Shown piece by piece: positions 25,222 to 38,040 of a stretch of 64,000 nucleotides of DNA; the stretch's first letter is position 1; each line of letters starts with the position of its first letter. Below the pieces are notes generated by a model that made no database searches, had not been told where the DNA came from, and worked only from the letters and a program-made list of their open reading frames with translations. The translations under genes were made by a program, and so were the position numbers. The stretch comes from Mobula hypostoma (lineage: Eukaryota). Where the stretch lies: contig NC_086108.1 in NCBI RefSeq assembly GCF_963921235.1, positions 33,730,001-33,794,000 of the forward strand, given 5' to 3'.

Positions 25222-25648
25222 GAACATAGAAGAGAACAGCAGAGAAACAGGCACCCGGCCCATGACGTTGTGCCAATCTAATTAAGTTAATGACACCTAA
25301 TCCCTTCGGCCTGTACTGGGTCCATATTGCTCTACTCTCTGCACCTTCATGTGCCTATCTAGGAGCCTCTTAAATGCCGTTATATTTTTGCCTCCGTCAA
25401 CACCCCGGCCAATGCATTCTAGGCACCCACAACTCTCTGAGTTAAAAAACTTATCCTGAACATTGCTTTTGAACTTTCCCACTCTCACCTTAAACGCATG
25501 CCTTCTAGTATGAGACATTACACCCTTGGGAAAAAGATACCGGCTATCTACTCCACCTGTGCTTCTTGTAACTTTATAAACATCTTTCAGATCTTCCCTC
25601 AATTTCCACTGCTCCAGAGAAAGCAACCCAACTTTGTCTACTCTCAAC
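25222..25648 (-). mobile_element. CR1 3' end
   Basis: ORF 25297..25647(-) GLLSLEQWKLREDLKDVYK...TRRHAFKV...FKRLLDRHM. Confidence 0.85.
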
Positions 25649-26129
25649 CCTGATCTCTCTCAGCTATTTGCCCTGCATATTGTTGGTAGTTTAATGAGAT
25701 AATTACATTTTAAATCTGGAAGTAGTGTATTATGTATGAAGATTATTATATCATTAAGAAGTGAGGGTTGGAGTCATAAAGTTAGACAACATGGAGGCAG
25801 CCAATCAGTTTACACCAAACATTAAACAAACATTTTCATTAGCAAAACTACACTGTTGGAGAAACACAATGGGTTGAGCAGCTTTTCTAGGGGGAAAGGA
25901 ACAGACAATATTTCAGATCAAGACCCTGCATCAGGAGTGAGAGTGGAGAGGGAAGATTGCCCGTACAAAGAGAAGAAGAGGAAGCGTAAGACAGGGGCTG
26001 CTGGAGATAGGTGGACCAGAGAGCAGTGAAAGATTAAGAGGAGCAAGTGAGGAACAGAAAGGTTGGAGTTGGCAGATTTGTGACCATTTACATTAATTCT
26101 CTGCTAATCACCAACCACCTCTCTATCAA

Positions 26130-26357
26130 CTCCTCCCCAATTCCACCACTCAGCTATATACTGAGGACGATTCACAGCGGGCAATTAACCTACCAACCTA
26201 CATGTCTCTGGAATGTGAGGGGGAGTCGGGCCAGCGAGAGGAAACCCACACGCTCGCAGGGGGAGTATGCAAACTTCACACAGGCAGTGTCAGAGGTTGG
26301 GATTGAACCCAGAACACTAGAGTTGCGAGGTGGCAGCACTACCAGCTGTGCCGCTGT
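26130..26357 (-). mobile_element. tRNA-derived SINE
   Basis: caattaacctaccaacctacatgtctctggaatgtg...gggattgaaccc (B-box, minus strand). Confidence 0.65.
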
Positions 26358-26785
26358 ACCGAGGATGTTGCCGGGACTTCAGGGCCTGTGTTATAGGGCG
26401 AGGTTGGGCAGGAAAATAGAAACTGACGGGTGACCTTATAGAGGTGTGTAAAATCATGAGGGGTGTAGATAAGATGAATGCACATAGTCTTTTTCCCAGG
26501 GAAAGGGAAATAAAAATTAGAGGGCATAGGTTTAGGGTGAGAGGTGAAATATTTAAACGGGACCCGAGGGGCACCTTTGTCCACGCAGGGGGCAGTGTAT
26601 ATCGGCAATAAACTGCTGGATGAAGTGGTTGAGGCAGGTACAATAATATTAAAATGACACTTGGATAAGTATATGGATAGGAGGGGTTTAGAGGGGTCTG
26701 CACCAAACACTGGCAAATGACAGGCACAGGGTTAGCATGGAAAAGTTAGGCTGAAAGGCCTATTTCAATGCTGTATTGCTGTACC
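26358..26785 (+). mobile_element. CR1 3' end
   Basis: aggatgttgccgggact...ggtgaccttatagaggtgtgtaaaatcatgagggg...agagggcataggttt. Confidence 0.8.
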
Positions 26786-27799
26786 GGGTACTGCTCTTAG
26801 GTTTGAGTTGACTGCATTCTATTAAGGGTACTCAAAAATCAGTTGATTCATACTTTGAGACCTGATTCAGTGTGATGACCATCCCTCTCTTCCACCCAAA
26901 CCCCCATGACCCCCCCCCCACCCCACTCTCAGATGCTCCTCAACCGGCTGTGTTCCTCCAGCAGTTTGTTTTATGCTTTGATTTTTATGTTAGCCTTAAT
27001 GAGCTGCACCAAAAGAACGATCGGCAATCTAGTTTGCCATGTTCTGGAATGTGCTGAGCTGTGGAAAATATATTTATCTGGACAATAGAAGGAGACTCTA
27101 TTACATTGTTGCCTTACAGATGGTTAGAAAGGTCTAGGATGTCAAGAGAAGAGTAAATGGCTGCAGAATATCTACCATCTACTACTGGAATCACAGTATT
27201 AATATGACTAGTTCTGGTTAAATTCCTCCATGGTGACACCCAGCACGTGGTTCATGAAAGGTTTAATGGTACTGATACTATTGAAGATGTACTCTCCCCT
27301 GCTGCAGATGATTATTGCAAGGAAATGTCACTTGCTGCATTTCCACATGCCTGGATGTCATTTAGGGCTCTTCCCTTATTGGTTCATTATTAGAAAACCT
27401 CCCACTTCTGACCTTACTTTGAAGAGAATACAATAGCCCCGTGTATCTGGGTTTGGAACTCCTCCCCAGCAACACCAAATTTCTGATTTCTGGTCTGAGG
27501 TGCGGTTTCATTATAATTTCTCAAAGGGCATAGCTGAAAAATAATTGTGCAACTTATCTACTGGGAACTAATTTTCCACAGGATTAGCCCTATCATGAAG
27601 AATATAATACAAAAAAATTGTAAGGTGCCACAGTAAAAAAAATTCCAAATCAATAGGTCATACCTATAATTACTTTCCAAAAGGGTTCTAAGGAAGAGAT
27701 TAAAGTCAAGTGACTGAATTAGTTAGCAAGGGATTTCAAGAGAAAAATAATGATGGCCCATGGTCACCATGATCTTATGTTTTAGCTGTTGAAGTTGAA

Positions 27800-28330
27800 A
27801 CACAAGCCAGGGAAGTATGATATGGAGACCAAACTGTTGCCCATGCAGCAGACTCTCCCCCTCATGCTGCTGTAGAGCTGTAGAGACCGATCCAGTTTGG
27901 CACCAGCAGCATCGCAACAGTTGCCAGTCAACGTTGAACTCAACGTAGGACTGCCGTGGGGACTCCAGCTCTGTATTTTCCCTCAGGGTTTACTTCTGAA
28001 GCCTTCCCTGTGGATAGGCTTAGCCACAAGGAAGCAGAAGTTTAGAATCAGAGTTTCCTTCTCCTAGATGAGATGCCAGCCTTGGCAGATGAGCCACATC
28101 TGCCTGGAGAGACTGGTTTTAAGACACTGGTAACTTGCTTTTGCCCCTTCTCCTGTCAGTAAAATCTTCCACCAGGCTTAGTAGCTAGGCCCACGTGAAG
28201 GCCAGATACTGGATTTGATTTGATTGCCAGGGGCTACTTGAGACACACATCACTGGGAGAATTTAATAGGCAGTGGGAGCTTATCCCCACTATCCCCTCC
28301 CCAACCCCCTGGCTATGACAGTCTTAAGAA
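27800..28330 (-). mobile_element. Non-coding retroelement remnant resembling an RTE-group 5' UTR or non-autonomous element
   Basis: Minus strand has catctaggagaaggaaactctgattctaaac. Its last ~120 nt are homologous to the body of the SINE at 41553-41858. Confidence 0.5.
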
Positions 28331-30858
28331 GACTAACACTCTGCAATATTTTAATTAAAAGAAAAGCATTCTATATAGAATAAAAATGCTGATTTGGTAT
28401 GATTGTTCAAAGCACTCTGACAGAAGACCATTAGACACAGGATCCAAATTAGACCAACCAATCCATTGAATTTGCTTTGCCATTCAATCTAGGCTGATTT
28501 ATTTTCCCTCTCAACCCCTTTCTCTTGCCTTCTCCCTATAACCTTTGAAGCCCCATCAACCTCCAGTTTAAACATACCAATGACTTGGCCTCCACAGCCA
28601 TTTAATAAAGTTATGCCAATAGAATTGGCCTTTTGGCCCATCATGTTCATGTCAACCATATAGTTTCCATCTTTACTAATCCAATTTACCAACACTGGGT
28701 CCTCTGCTTCTACCAGTTCATAAATGCTTCTGATTTCCAGTAGCTTTTGTCTTCATTGACTTAGACTTTTTTCATATTACAAACTATGATTGAAGCCACA
28801 CTGGATTACAAGGAAGCTTTAATGGGAACATTGGGGAACTTGCTAATAGTGGACATTGACAGGAACACATTAACATCATGATAACATTGGCAACGCATCA
28901 TTAGACCCAGATGTTTGTCAGTTCCAGTTAATGCAGTGGAATTGCGTGCAGAGCTGCTATATTGCGAATGATTTGCTCCTGTCCACATTTAACTTCATCC
29001 CTGGTTAAATATTTGCATAATGGATTCAATGAGAAGCATATCAAAAAGATTTAGTTCAATTGTATGGCTTTGCCTAAGGGCAGGGGAAGGTACAGTTTGT
29101 AGTGAGAGAGGTGAATCATTAACCTAGATGAATCATAATCAAGCTGCTGCAATTGAAGTCAATTCCCAAAAGACACAAAGCAAAGCTATTTTAAGAAGTA
29201 TTAATGAAAACTATTAGTATCTCATTGAACTTCAACCAGACAAGGTGAGGAACCATTGCAGAACCATTTGCTTCCAAAGCATCTGAATTATTTTATTTAT
29301 GTTGGACTTCTCTCTCCTTTTGTGGCTGGAATAAAGCAATTGATGTTGGATTTCAGCTGTGATTCCACCCCCCCCCCCCACCACCATTTGATGCTGAACT
29401 CTGGCTACTTTTACTAACTTCCCACTTGGAGTTCTCAGCTGCTACAACTACAGAATAAAATGGATGGTTGGATGGCAATATAGTGGGTTGGTGGTGAAGG
29501 TTTGGAGGTGGAAGAGAAACGGGAGTATGGTGGTCAATATTATAACAGATGTAGATCCACACAAGCTCAGAGAAATTAACCACTGTGCTATAAGATGGTA
29601 AACTAATAAAAAGAAGTTCAGGTAAAAGTACCCAGGATTTAGCTTAAAAGTTCATAGAAAGGAATAGGTTAGATGAATCAAAACAGAAAACACTCAGCAA
29701 ATCAGGCAGTATCCGGGAAGGTCAAAGTTTTGGGCTGAGACCCTTCATTCATCTGCATTTATTATGTCCCCAAAGTTTAGACAGATATGAGCTAAAAGCA
29801 AACAAGTAGGACTAGCATAAGTGGGCAATTTGGTCAATGTAGACAAGATGGGCCAAGGACCACTTTCTGTGCTATATTATTCTATAATTAAATCAAGTTG
29901 CATAAAATGCTTATTTTCCAGGATTATGCAACTGAAAAATTGATTTCCCTACCCTTGCCCTACTGAATGCAATAATAACAATTTCAAAATCATTTTGTCT
30001 CACTCTGGAAATTTGGCCAGACACTTCTGGCTTGAGTTACCCTTGTGCCCGAAACTCAATGTTCACCTCGTGTACATAGGGATAAATCATTCCCTTTGCA
30101 AATATCCCTTTGGAAAGTAGTAGAGACAACCAGGACAATATTGTCCTGGGAGCAATCATCTTTGGTCACTCCATGGAATAATGTGGTCTTCAAAGCACCA
30201 CAAATTTTTGGGACACATGCCAGGTATGTCCATCAATTTAGCTTAATATTCCCACTCTCTCCCATCACTAGATGAACCTTCCATCATCTTCATAGCATGG
30301 TTCCATGATATGCCACCTTCAGTGTTGGCCATTCAGTCACTTCATGAATTCTGATTCCCATGTCTCCATTTCCATTCTCAGAGCTAGCACTCTGATTTCC
30401 TCCCAATTTCCAGATACCCTGATTCCCACCACCACGTCCATCGCTCCAGGTAGGCTTTGCTTGAACAATGATCCCACCCTGTCTCACTATGTAAGCGAGA
30501 CTCCAATAAGTCAACCTTTCCAGCCAGCTACAGTGCAGAGTTGCAGTTGCCACCAGTGCACCCCAGCCTCCAATGGAGTAAAGGATGACAGATGTCCATT
30601 GCCAAATGTGTGCAATTACAAATCTTTAGTAGCTGCTGGAAATTAAAAGCAAATACGATTTGCTGGTTTTGATATTTCATCTTACCATCATTGTTCAGAA
30701 GTGTGCATTTTACAAAAAAAAACAAACCAGCTTTGGTAAAATGAAAAAGCAGCAGAAAGGCAAATTTACATTGCAATTCATAGCCAACTGAAGTGGAAAT
30801 TCAGCTCTGCGGAGAGCAAGTTTCAACAATCTAAGTAATTAATTAATCTCTTAGAGAT

Positions 30859-31659
30859 GCAAACACGAGGAATTCTGCAGATGCTGAAAATTCAAGCAAC
30901 ACACATCAAAGTTGCTGGAGAACGCAGCAGGCCAGGCAGCATCTCTAGAAAGAGGTACAGTCGACGTTTCGGGCTGAGACCCTTCGTCAGGACTAACTGA
31001 AGGAAGAGCTAGTAAGAAATTTAAAAGTGGGAGGGGAAGGGGGAGATCCAAAATGATAAGAGAAGACAGGAGGGGGAGGGATAGAGCCAAGAGCTGGACA
31101 GGTGATTGGCAAAAGGGATATGAGAGGATCATGGGACAGGAGGCCCAGGGAGAAGGAAAAGTGGAAGGGGGTGGAAAAAACCCAGAGAATGGGCAAGGGG
31201 TATAGTCAGAGGGACAGAAGGAGAAAAAGGAGAGAGAGAGAGAGAGAGAAAGAATGTGTGTATATAAATAACGATGGGGTACGAGGGCCCGTACCCTATC
31301 CGTTATTTATTTATATGCACACATTCTTTCTCTCTCTCTCCTTTTTCTCCCTCTGTCCCTCTGACTATATCCCTTGCCCATCCTCTGGGTTTTCCCCCAC
31401 TTCCCCTTTTCTTTCTCCCTAGGCCTCCTGTCCCATGATCCTCTCATATCCCTTTTGCCAATCACCTGTCCAGCTCTTGGCTCCATCCTTCTCCCTCCTG
31501 TCTTCTCCTATCATTTTGGATCTCCCCCTCCCCCTCCCACTTTCAAATCTCTTACTAGCTCTTCCTTCAGTTAGTCCTGACAAAGGTTCTCGGCCCGAAA
31601 CGTCGACTGTACCTCTTCCTAGAGATGCTGTCTGGCTTGCTGCGTTCACCAGCAACTTT
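30859..31659. mobile_element. Penelope-derived ~800-bp fold-back element (arms ~375 bp)
   Basis: Arm 30908-31283 is the reverse complement of 31290-31659 around the loop agggcc. pLTR terminus gcaaacacgaggaattctgcagatgctg on the left only. Confidence 0.9.
30959..30994 (-). ncRNA. Minimal hammerhead ribozyme motif (core intact)
   Basis: Minus strand agtc-CTGACGA-a-ggg-tctcag-ccc-GAAACGTC-gact. The mirror copy at 31573-31608 has CTGACAA (core mutated). Confidence 0.7.
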
Positions 31660-32894
31660 AACCTCTCAAGATGTTAGCTAAGAATTCAGAACTCTTCTCT
31701 CTTGGTTTAACATCAAAGGCAAAGGACTATAACACTCAATAGCTAGTTTTGTAATGCATTATCAACATAGTCACATGTACTTTGATGCATCACAAGAACA
31801 ATTATCAAACAAAATAATGACACGAAGACCAAGCCAGTAGCATTAGAACAGGCGAGTCAAACGTTCATTGTTGAGCTCAATTTTAAAGAGCGTTAAAGAA
31901 GTCCAGTGGTCTATTTAATCTATAGAATTTAACAGTGAACAGACAGAAGAAGATGGATTGAATGCAAGTCGTGTTGGATAGATTAAGATAAAAGGAGAGG
32001 GAAGAAGAAAAACTAAGAAATAATTCAAAAAAAGTAGAACTGAAACTTACTAAATTTCTGGAAATAATTTGCCATGTCCATTGGAATTTCTGATTTGTAG
32101 CTATTAAATTTCATGCCAGGTTCACTAAATTCATCATTAGCAGAATCATTATAAATTGGGAAAAACAGCTCAAAAAAATCTATTCCACTTTTCATTCACA
32201 TTTACACCACAATACTCAAAAACATACTAGGAAATTGGAGAAGGCTGATATGACAGCAACACAAATTGGCTGGAAATTTATGACAATTCACTACTCAGTC
32301 CATCTCCTCCTTGCCACGAAATGTTAGAGTTCTGCATACTGGGGTATGCTTCCAAGCAATATTTGGCCCAATATTTTGTATTCTAAAGATTACTGAACTG
32401 TTAATAATTTAATGAAATTTACTAAATCTATTTGAGTTAATATTAAAAAGGCACAAGTTAAAAATTACACTCTGTTTGACCTGTATATAATCCTTTGATT
32501 TAATTTGATAAATTAACTAGACAATAATCATCTTCAGCTGATTCACTATTCAATTCAGGCATTCTGTAGCTTTTATTGTTTGGGAGTGATCATAGGAGAA
32601 ACAAAGACCAACTTATAATGCTTCACCCAAACCACATCCATTTCTTCTACATTACTCATTTGTAATGAAACAGGTTTGCTTACTTGTAAAAAATACCTGG
32701 TTTAAATTATTTTACTTCCTGTTGGTCTCAAAAATATAATCAAGAATCTGCATCAACATTGGTTGAATACTAATCACACACCAATAACATCAGCATATTA
32801 TTATAATTTATTTACATTGCTATTTAATTCTAGTGATTACAGTAAACCTATAACCCTACTTTAAGATTAATTTTATGTACCATATTTAAACACA

Positions 32895-33666
32895 TGATGC
32901 CAGGCAGACAATCTTTTGATAATGGCCAGGGTCACCCATCTGGTAAAGACATTGCACAGAAAGAGGATATGGTAAACCGCTTCTGCAGAATAATTTGCCA
33001 AGAACATCATGGATAGGGAGAAAATTTAAGAACAACAGTGTGAAGGGGATCTTTCTCACAGGCACAGATTGAAGACAGATGGACGACCATGATCACCCAC
33101 GCCCAAGTGTACAGTTTTGGTCACCAAATTATGGAAAAGATGTCAACAAAATAGAGAGAGTACAGAGAAGATTTACTAGAATGTTACCTGGGTTTCATCA
33201 CCTAAGTTACAGAGAAAGGTTGAACAAGTTGGGTCTTTATTCTTTGGAACGTAAAAGGTTGAGGGGGGACTTGATAGAGGTATTTAAAATTATGAGGGGG
33301 ATAGATAGGATTGACGTGGATAGGCTTTTTCCATTGAGAGTGGGGGAGATTCAAAGAAGAGGACATGAGTTGAGAGTTAAAGGGCAAAAGTTTGGGGGTA
33401 ACATGAGGGGGAACTTCTTTACTCAGAAAGTGGTGGCTGTGTGGAACGAGCTTCCAGCAGAAGTGGTTGAGGCAGGTTCAATGTTGTGGTTTAAAGTTAA
33501 ATTGGATAGATATATGGACAGGAAAGGAATGGACGGTTATGGGCTGAGTGCGGGTTGGTGAGACTAGGTGAGAGTAAGAGTTCGGCACGGACTAGAAGGG
33601 CTGAGATTGCATTTCCGTGCTGTAATTGTAATATGGTTATATATGACACAGCACATAATGATGATG
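32895..33666 (+). mobile_element. Short RTE-derived non-autonomous element split by a CR1 insertion
   Basis: agggtcacccat (32928-39) is identical to RTE 5' UTR 59000-11. gaccatgatc (33085-94) resembles RTE 3' UTR gaccatcatc (62771-80). (atg)n tail at 33656-33666. Confidence 0.55.
33106..33640 (+). mobile_element. Young CR1 3' fragment with open ORF2 C-terminus
   Basis: ORF 33079..33561 VQFWSP...ERVQRRFTRMLPG...RLRGDLIEVFKIM...NFFTQKVV...FKVKLDRYM, uninterrupted. Confidence 0.93.
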
Positions 33667-34199
33667 GTATACTCCAAAAACAAAGGTTTAGAATTGTGAT
33701 AATGAGCATGAGAGCACAATATCAATTTTGGTGACATTGCTAATTTTGAATGAAAGTTGAGATGACACGACAGCAGGAATGGAATAATTGTATCTGTAAG
33801 GATACATCAGTTGTTCCCACACCAACTGGAATGCTGGAGAGAAGAACCTATTGTTGCAACCACATGGTTAGTCTCCCAATTGACTCATTGGCCTTCTCAG
33901 GGAAGGTAATGGGATTGGTTACATTCCTCTAGTAAATAATTAGACATTTCACGGGAGCTGATGGCAGCTATACTTATTATGATGGGTGAATTTTCCACCA
34001 TTGCCTCAGAAATGACCAAACATAATCCTTGGGTCTGAAGGTTTGGACTGTGGTTGATTCCTAATAGAAACTAAAGGGCAGTTTTGGTGGAACAGAATCA
34101 TAATGGAATGGCTAGCACTCTAACTTGCTTTCAAAATCTTTGTTTTAAACTCTTCCTAAAGAGAATTTTAGTCCCTTACTTCAGGATCTATTTCTGCCA

Positions 34200-34880
34200 A
34201 TGTTTCATTTCTGCAGGTCAGTATTATTTGTGGAAAGAGAAATAGAGTTGACATTTCAGGTTGAAAACCCTTCATCAGAATGTTAAAGAGAGGAAGCAAG
34301 TTTGTTTTAATTTGAGAAAAGAGTGGAAGAAGTGTTGAGAGAATACTTCATAGAAGGTGAGGCTAGAATTGCAGTGGGGTTAATGTGTAGATGAAGTCAT
34401 CTGGTTGATAGATATGAGGAGGAAAGTGGTAGAAGTGGAAGGGGGATGGGCACAGAGGGTATGGGGGGGAAGACGGGACAGGAAGTGGGGGCCAAGAAGG
34501 GACTACAGGAAAGGGGGGGCAAGAAATGGGGGGCAGGAAAAGGGGATGTCAGAAAGGGGGGAGACGGGATGAGGGGGGAGACGGGATGGGGGGGAGACGG
34601 GATGGGGGGACATGGAGAACTCAATCACGGGAATGTAAACATTGCAAAATATTGAGCTATAGAAAATGTCCCTAAGCACACACAATGCTGGTGACGAGAG
34701 AGAAAATGAGCCTGTATTACAGATGAAAAATCTGTTGCAAAACTGAAAGAGAAAGCAGGTCATTTGAGGATGATACAAGGTCCAGATGGTTAAAATATGC
34801 TCAGCCAGAAGATGAAGCGCTGTACCTCAAGCTAATGTTGGAACTCACTATAACAGTACAAGGGACCACAGATAGATCAA
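34200..34880 (-). mobile_element. Old Penelope-like fragment containing a G-rich tract
   Basis: pLTR-like gacatttcaggttgaaaacccttcatcagaa. The segment at ~34810-34875 resembles 40810-40875 of the GIY-YIG copy. Confidence 0.45.
34432..34612 (+). repeat. G-rich low-complexity / tandem repeat (ggggggagacgggat)x3
   Basis: More than 12 runs of 3 or more G; ~15-nt unit repeated at 34556-34610. Confidence 0.85.
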
Positions 34881-34914
34881 ATTGGCAAACAGAAAGCTCA
34901 AAAATTACCCTGTT

Positions 34915-35265
34915 GAATCAGAATCAGGTTTAATATCACTGGCATATATAGTGAAATTTGTTTTTTTGTGGCAGCAGTACATTGTAATACATAATAATAA
35001 AAGCAAAGCTATGAATTACAATAATAAATATATACTACATAAAAGTTAAATTATATAGGTAGTTCAAAAAGAAAGCCAAAAAAGAAAAGAAAGTGAGAGA
35101 GAGTGTTCATGGGTTCATTTTCCATTCAGAAATCTGTTGGCAAAGGGGAAGAAGCTGTTCCTGAATCATTGAGTGTATCCCTTCAGGTTTTTGTACCTCC
35201 TTGATGGTAGCAATGAGATGAGGGCGCGTCCTGGGTATTGGGGATCCTTCATGATGGATGCCACA
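34915..35265 (-). mobile_element. Rex1/Babar-type 3' fragment
   Basis: gaatcagaatcaggtttaatatcactgg terminus; gaagaagctgttcctgaatc...gtacctcc; similar to 55225-55935. Confidence 0.6.
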
Positions 35266-35329
35266 ACGCAGGAGGTCTGCAATGTGGCCAGCTATTCCCT
35301 GAATGATTTCTCTAAGTCAATGCTGACTT

Positions 35330-35810
35330 AGGATAGTGGTTCATCAGCGATAGAGCTGCTCCCTCGCTGTTTCAGCCATACAGGTTCAAACCTGACCCCT
35401 GTTGCTGTCTGTGTGCAGTTTACATATCCACTCTGTGGTTTTTTGGGCTCCCTCCCACATTCCAAAGACATGTAGTCAATAGGTTCACACACAAAATGCT
35501 GGAGGAACTCAGCAGATCAGGCAGCAACTATGGAAAAGAGTACAGTCGACGTTTTGGGCTGAAACCCTTGATCAGCCCTGCTTGGATTTCCAGTGTCTGC
35601 AGATTTTCTCGTTTGTGATTGGTTCAATAGGTTAATTGGATGCTATAAATTGCCCTTCACTTGTAAGTGAGTGGTAAAATCTGGCGAGAGTTTCTGGGAG
35701 ATTAAAATAGGGACTTGTGCAGGATTAATGCAAAAAAATATGCTTATTCTCCAGCCTGGATTTAGTGGTCAAAGTGGCCTGGTTCAGTGCTGTCTTTCTC
35801 TACAACACCA
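35330..35810 (+). mobile_element. tRNA-SINE with nested Penelope-pLTR fragment (35486-35620)
   Basis: B-box-like ggttcaaacc. Insert acacaaaatgctggaggaactcagc...gtcgacg is flanked by duplicated tcaataggtt. Confidence 0.6.
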
Positions 35811-37821
35811 TGAACTGTCAACTCTGGATTTTGCCACATTTACATTTGTTTGTTTTTCTAATTGCTTCATACCACAGCTTTTATATTCATTTGTTTAAGT
35901 TTCCTTGTTTCTCTCATTTCCCATACGAACCAAAAAAATCAAACAACTTAATGTACATTTTATCCCAAAGACCTCACTTTATCACAGAGATTCCTTTTTC
36001 TCTGTCCATCTCTTGCTCACCCTCTCTATAATTTAAAACTAACTTGTTGTCTCTCTTTCACAGTTCTGATGAACGGTCTTTGACCTGAGGTGTTAACTTT
36101 GTTTCTTTTTTCCCATAAAGTTAGCCTGACTCGTGAAGTGTCTCAAGCATTTTCTGTTTTTATTTTAGACTTCCAGCTAATGCAATGTTTTTGATTTGAT
36201 TTTGCTTTAATTGGCTATTCAATGAATATTTCATCTGTCCAACTAAAGCCAACATTCTTAAGGGCTGTCTTTTTTCAATTAAGTGAAAAGTGGAATCCAC
36301 ATGAGAATTACCTGTACGCCTCCCAGTGAGAAAGTTCAGACCTGGAATTTATTACAAGAGCACAAAAATATTAAGAGTATCAGGCAAGTAATAAAGAAGC
36401 ATTCTATTTGCAATTAAATACAAGAAAACAGATTTAGAAATCTAGATAGTTTGTGCTCATAGCTAACAGCAGTGGTCATTCCTCACCCACTCGAGAAATT
36501 ACCCACAGGAGTGTTGCTGTCTGATAGTGCAGTATCCGCATACATTTCTGTGGCCAAGAGAGGCCATTATCCATTTCTCTCCAATCTTTTCCCTCATGAA
36601 ATAATATCAAATGAAACAGACTTGTGAAAGCAATGCCTTGGCTCAACATAGTACTTCCTAACTGAAGCTGTGATATTAATATGCATCATGAACACATTTA
36701 TATTTCTACAACAGTTCGTTAGAATGTAGTGGCATTCAGAATGAGATTTGAATTTTGGTCCTCCACAGCCTCAACTTGAAAATTCAATCATTGTCAAGTT
36801 CAAAATACTGTATTTTTAATGCTCTATCTTTTACTAACAGTCCGCTTTGTGAATTTTCTTCCCTATCTTGTGCTGCATCTGTTCTTTACTGACTCATGGA
36901 GTAATGCCTCACACTTTATCTACCCAGGCAGTCTTTAACATGTAATGAATTACAGCATGGGTAAATAAATTGCTTACTTTTAAAATGCACTTTGAAAGTT
37001 ATGTTATACTTAAGATACAGTGCAAAACTTGAGAGTTGACGAGAGGATTTGGTCAAAATTATGATTTTAACGAAGTTTCCAAAGTCTGAATCCAGTTGCT
37101 AACATACAGTCCATGCAGTTCCGAAATGAAAGACTGGTGTGAAAATGTGAACACTTCCACAATGAACAGAATGAGAAAAATATACTTTAAGATTTTTTCA
37201 TGTTCTGTACATAGACATGTGGTGACTGTTACAACTTTTAGAGGTGACATAATGTTAAAGTTACACATTATAATTACTTCCAAGCAAACACACTGCTTTT
37301 GTCCTTCCCAGTTGAGCAATGAAATTCTTTATGATATTTATCAATCTACATTACCTAATGCCTCATGTATGTGGTATTTTGTCTCAAAAGGTGAACAGGA
37401 GGAAGCAGAGACAGCTTGCATTGTTTGCTGCTCGCATTTCACCTATCTTATTTTAATACTACTGCAGAACAATTTCATGAATTTATTGCCAAGAAACCAG
37501 AACACTCAACAGATAACACCGTAACATAACCAATAGTACAGGATAATTATAGATGTGACCTGCAGCGAGGGAAGTGGGAAAATGAAGAATCTGGCATTGA
37601 TAAGTAACACTCAGTAATAGCCAAGGATCAGATTAAATATATAGCATGGATTGTATACTGGAACAAGACAGAGGCTAACCCAAGAGAAAACAGCCACATG
37701 GTGTAAGGAAGTCTATTCCCATGAACAATGAGTTCATGTTTAAATGACAACTAAATTAAACATAATCAGGAGAAAAAAAAGGAAAAGATTAATTTGATGG
37801 ACTCCACACTAAATGGAGCGT

Positions 37822-38040
37822 TAGACAATAGATAATAGGTGCAGGAGTAGGTCATTCAGCCCTTCGAGCCAGCACCGCCATTCACTGTGGTCATGGCTGA
37901 TCATCCACAATCAGTACCCTTTTCCTGCCTTCTCCCCGTATCCCTTTACTCTGCTATCTTTAAGAGCCCTATCTAACTCTTTCTTGAAAGAATCCGGAGA
38001 ATAGGCCTCCACTGCCTTCTGAGGCAGAGCATTCCACATT
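37822..38040 (-). mobile_element. CR1 3' end
   Basis: agacaatagataataggtgcaggagtagg tail; ORF 37911..38105(-) WNALPQKAVEA...FKKELD. Confidence 0.85.

Noticed and set aside
30290..30646. 87-aa and 113-aa ORFs on opposite strands
   Set aside because: No homology recognised; no splice signals identified.
37096..37524. 142-aa plus-strand ORF
   Set aside because: Non-ATG start, no domain, composition typical of AT-rich non-coding DNA.
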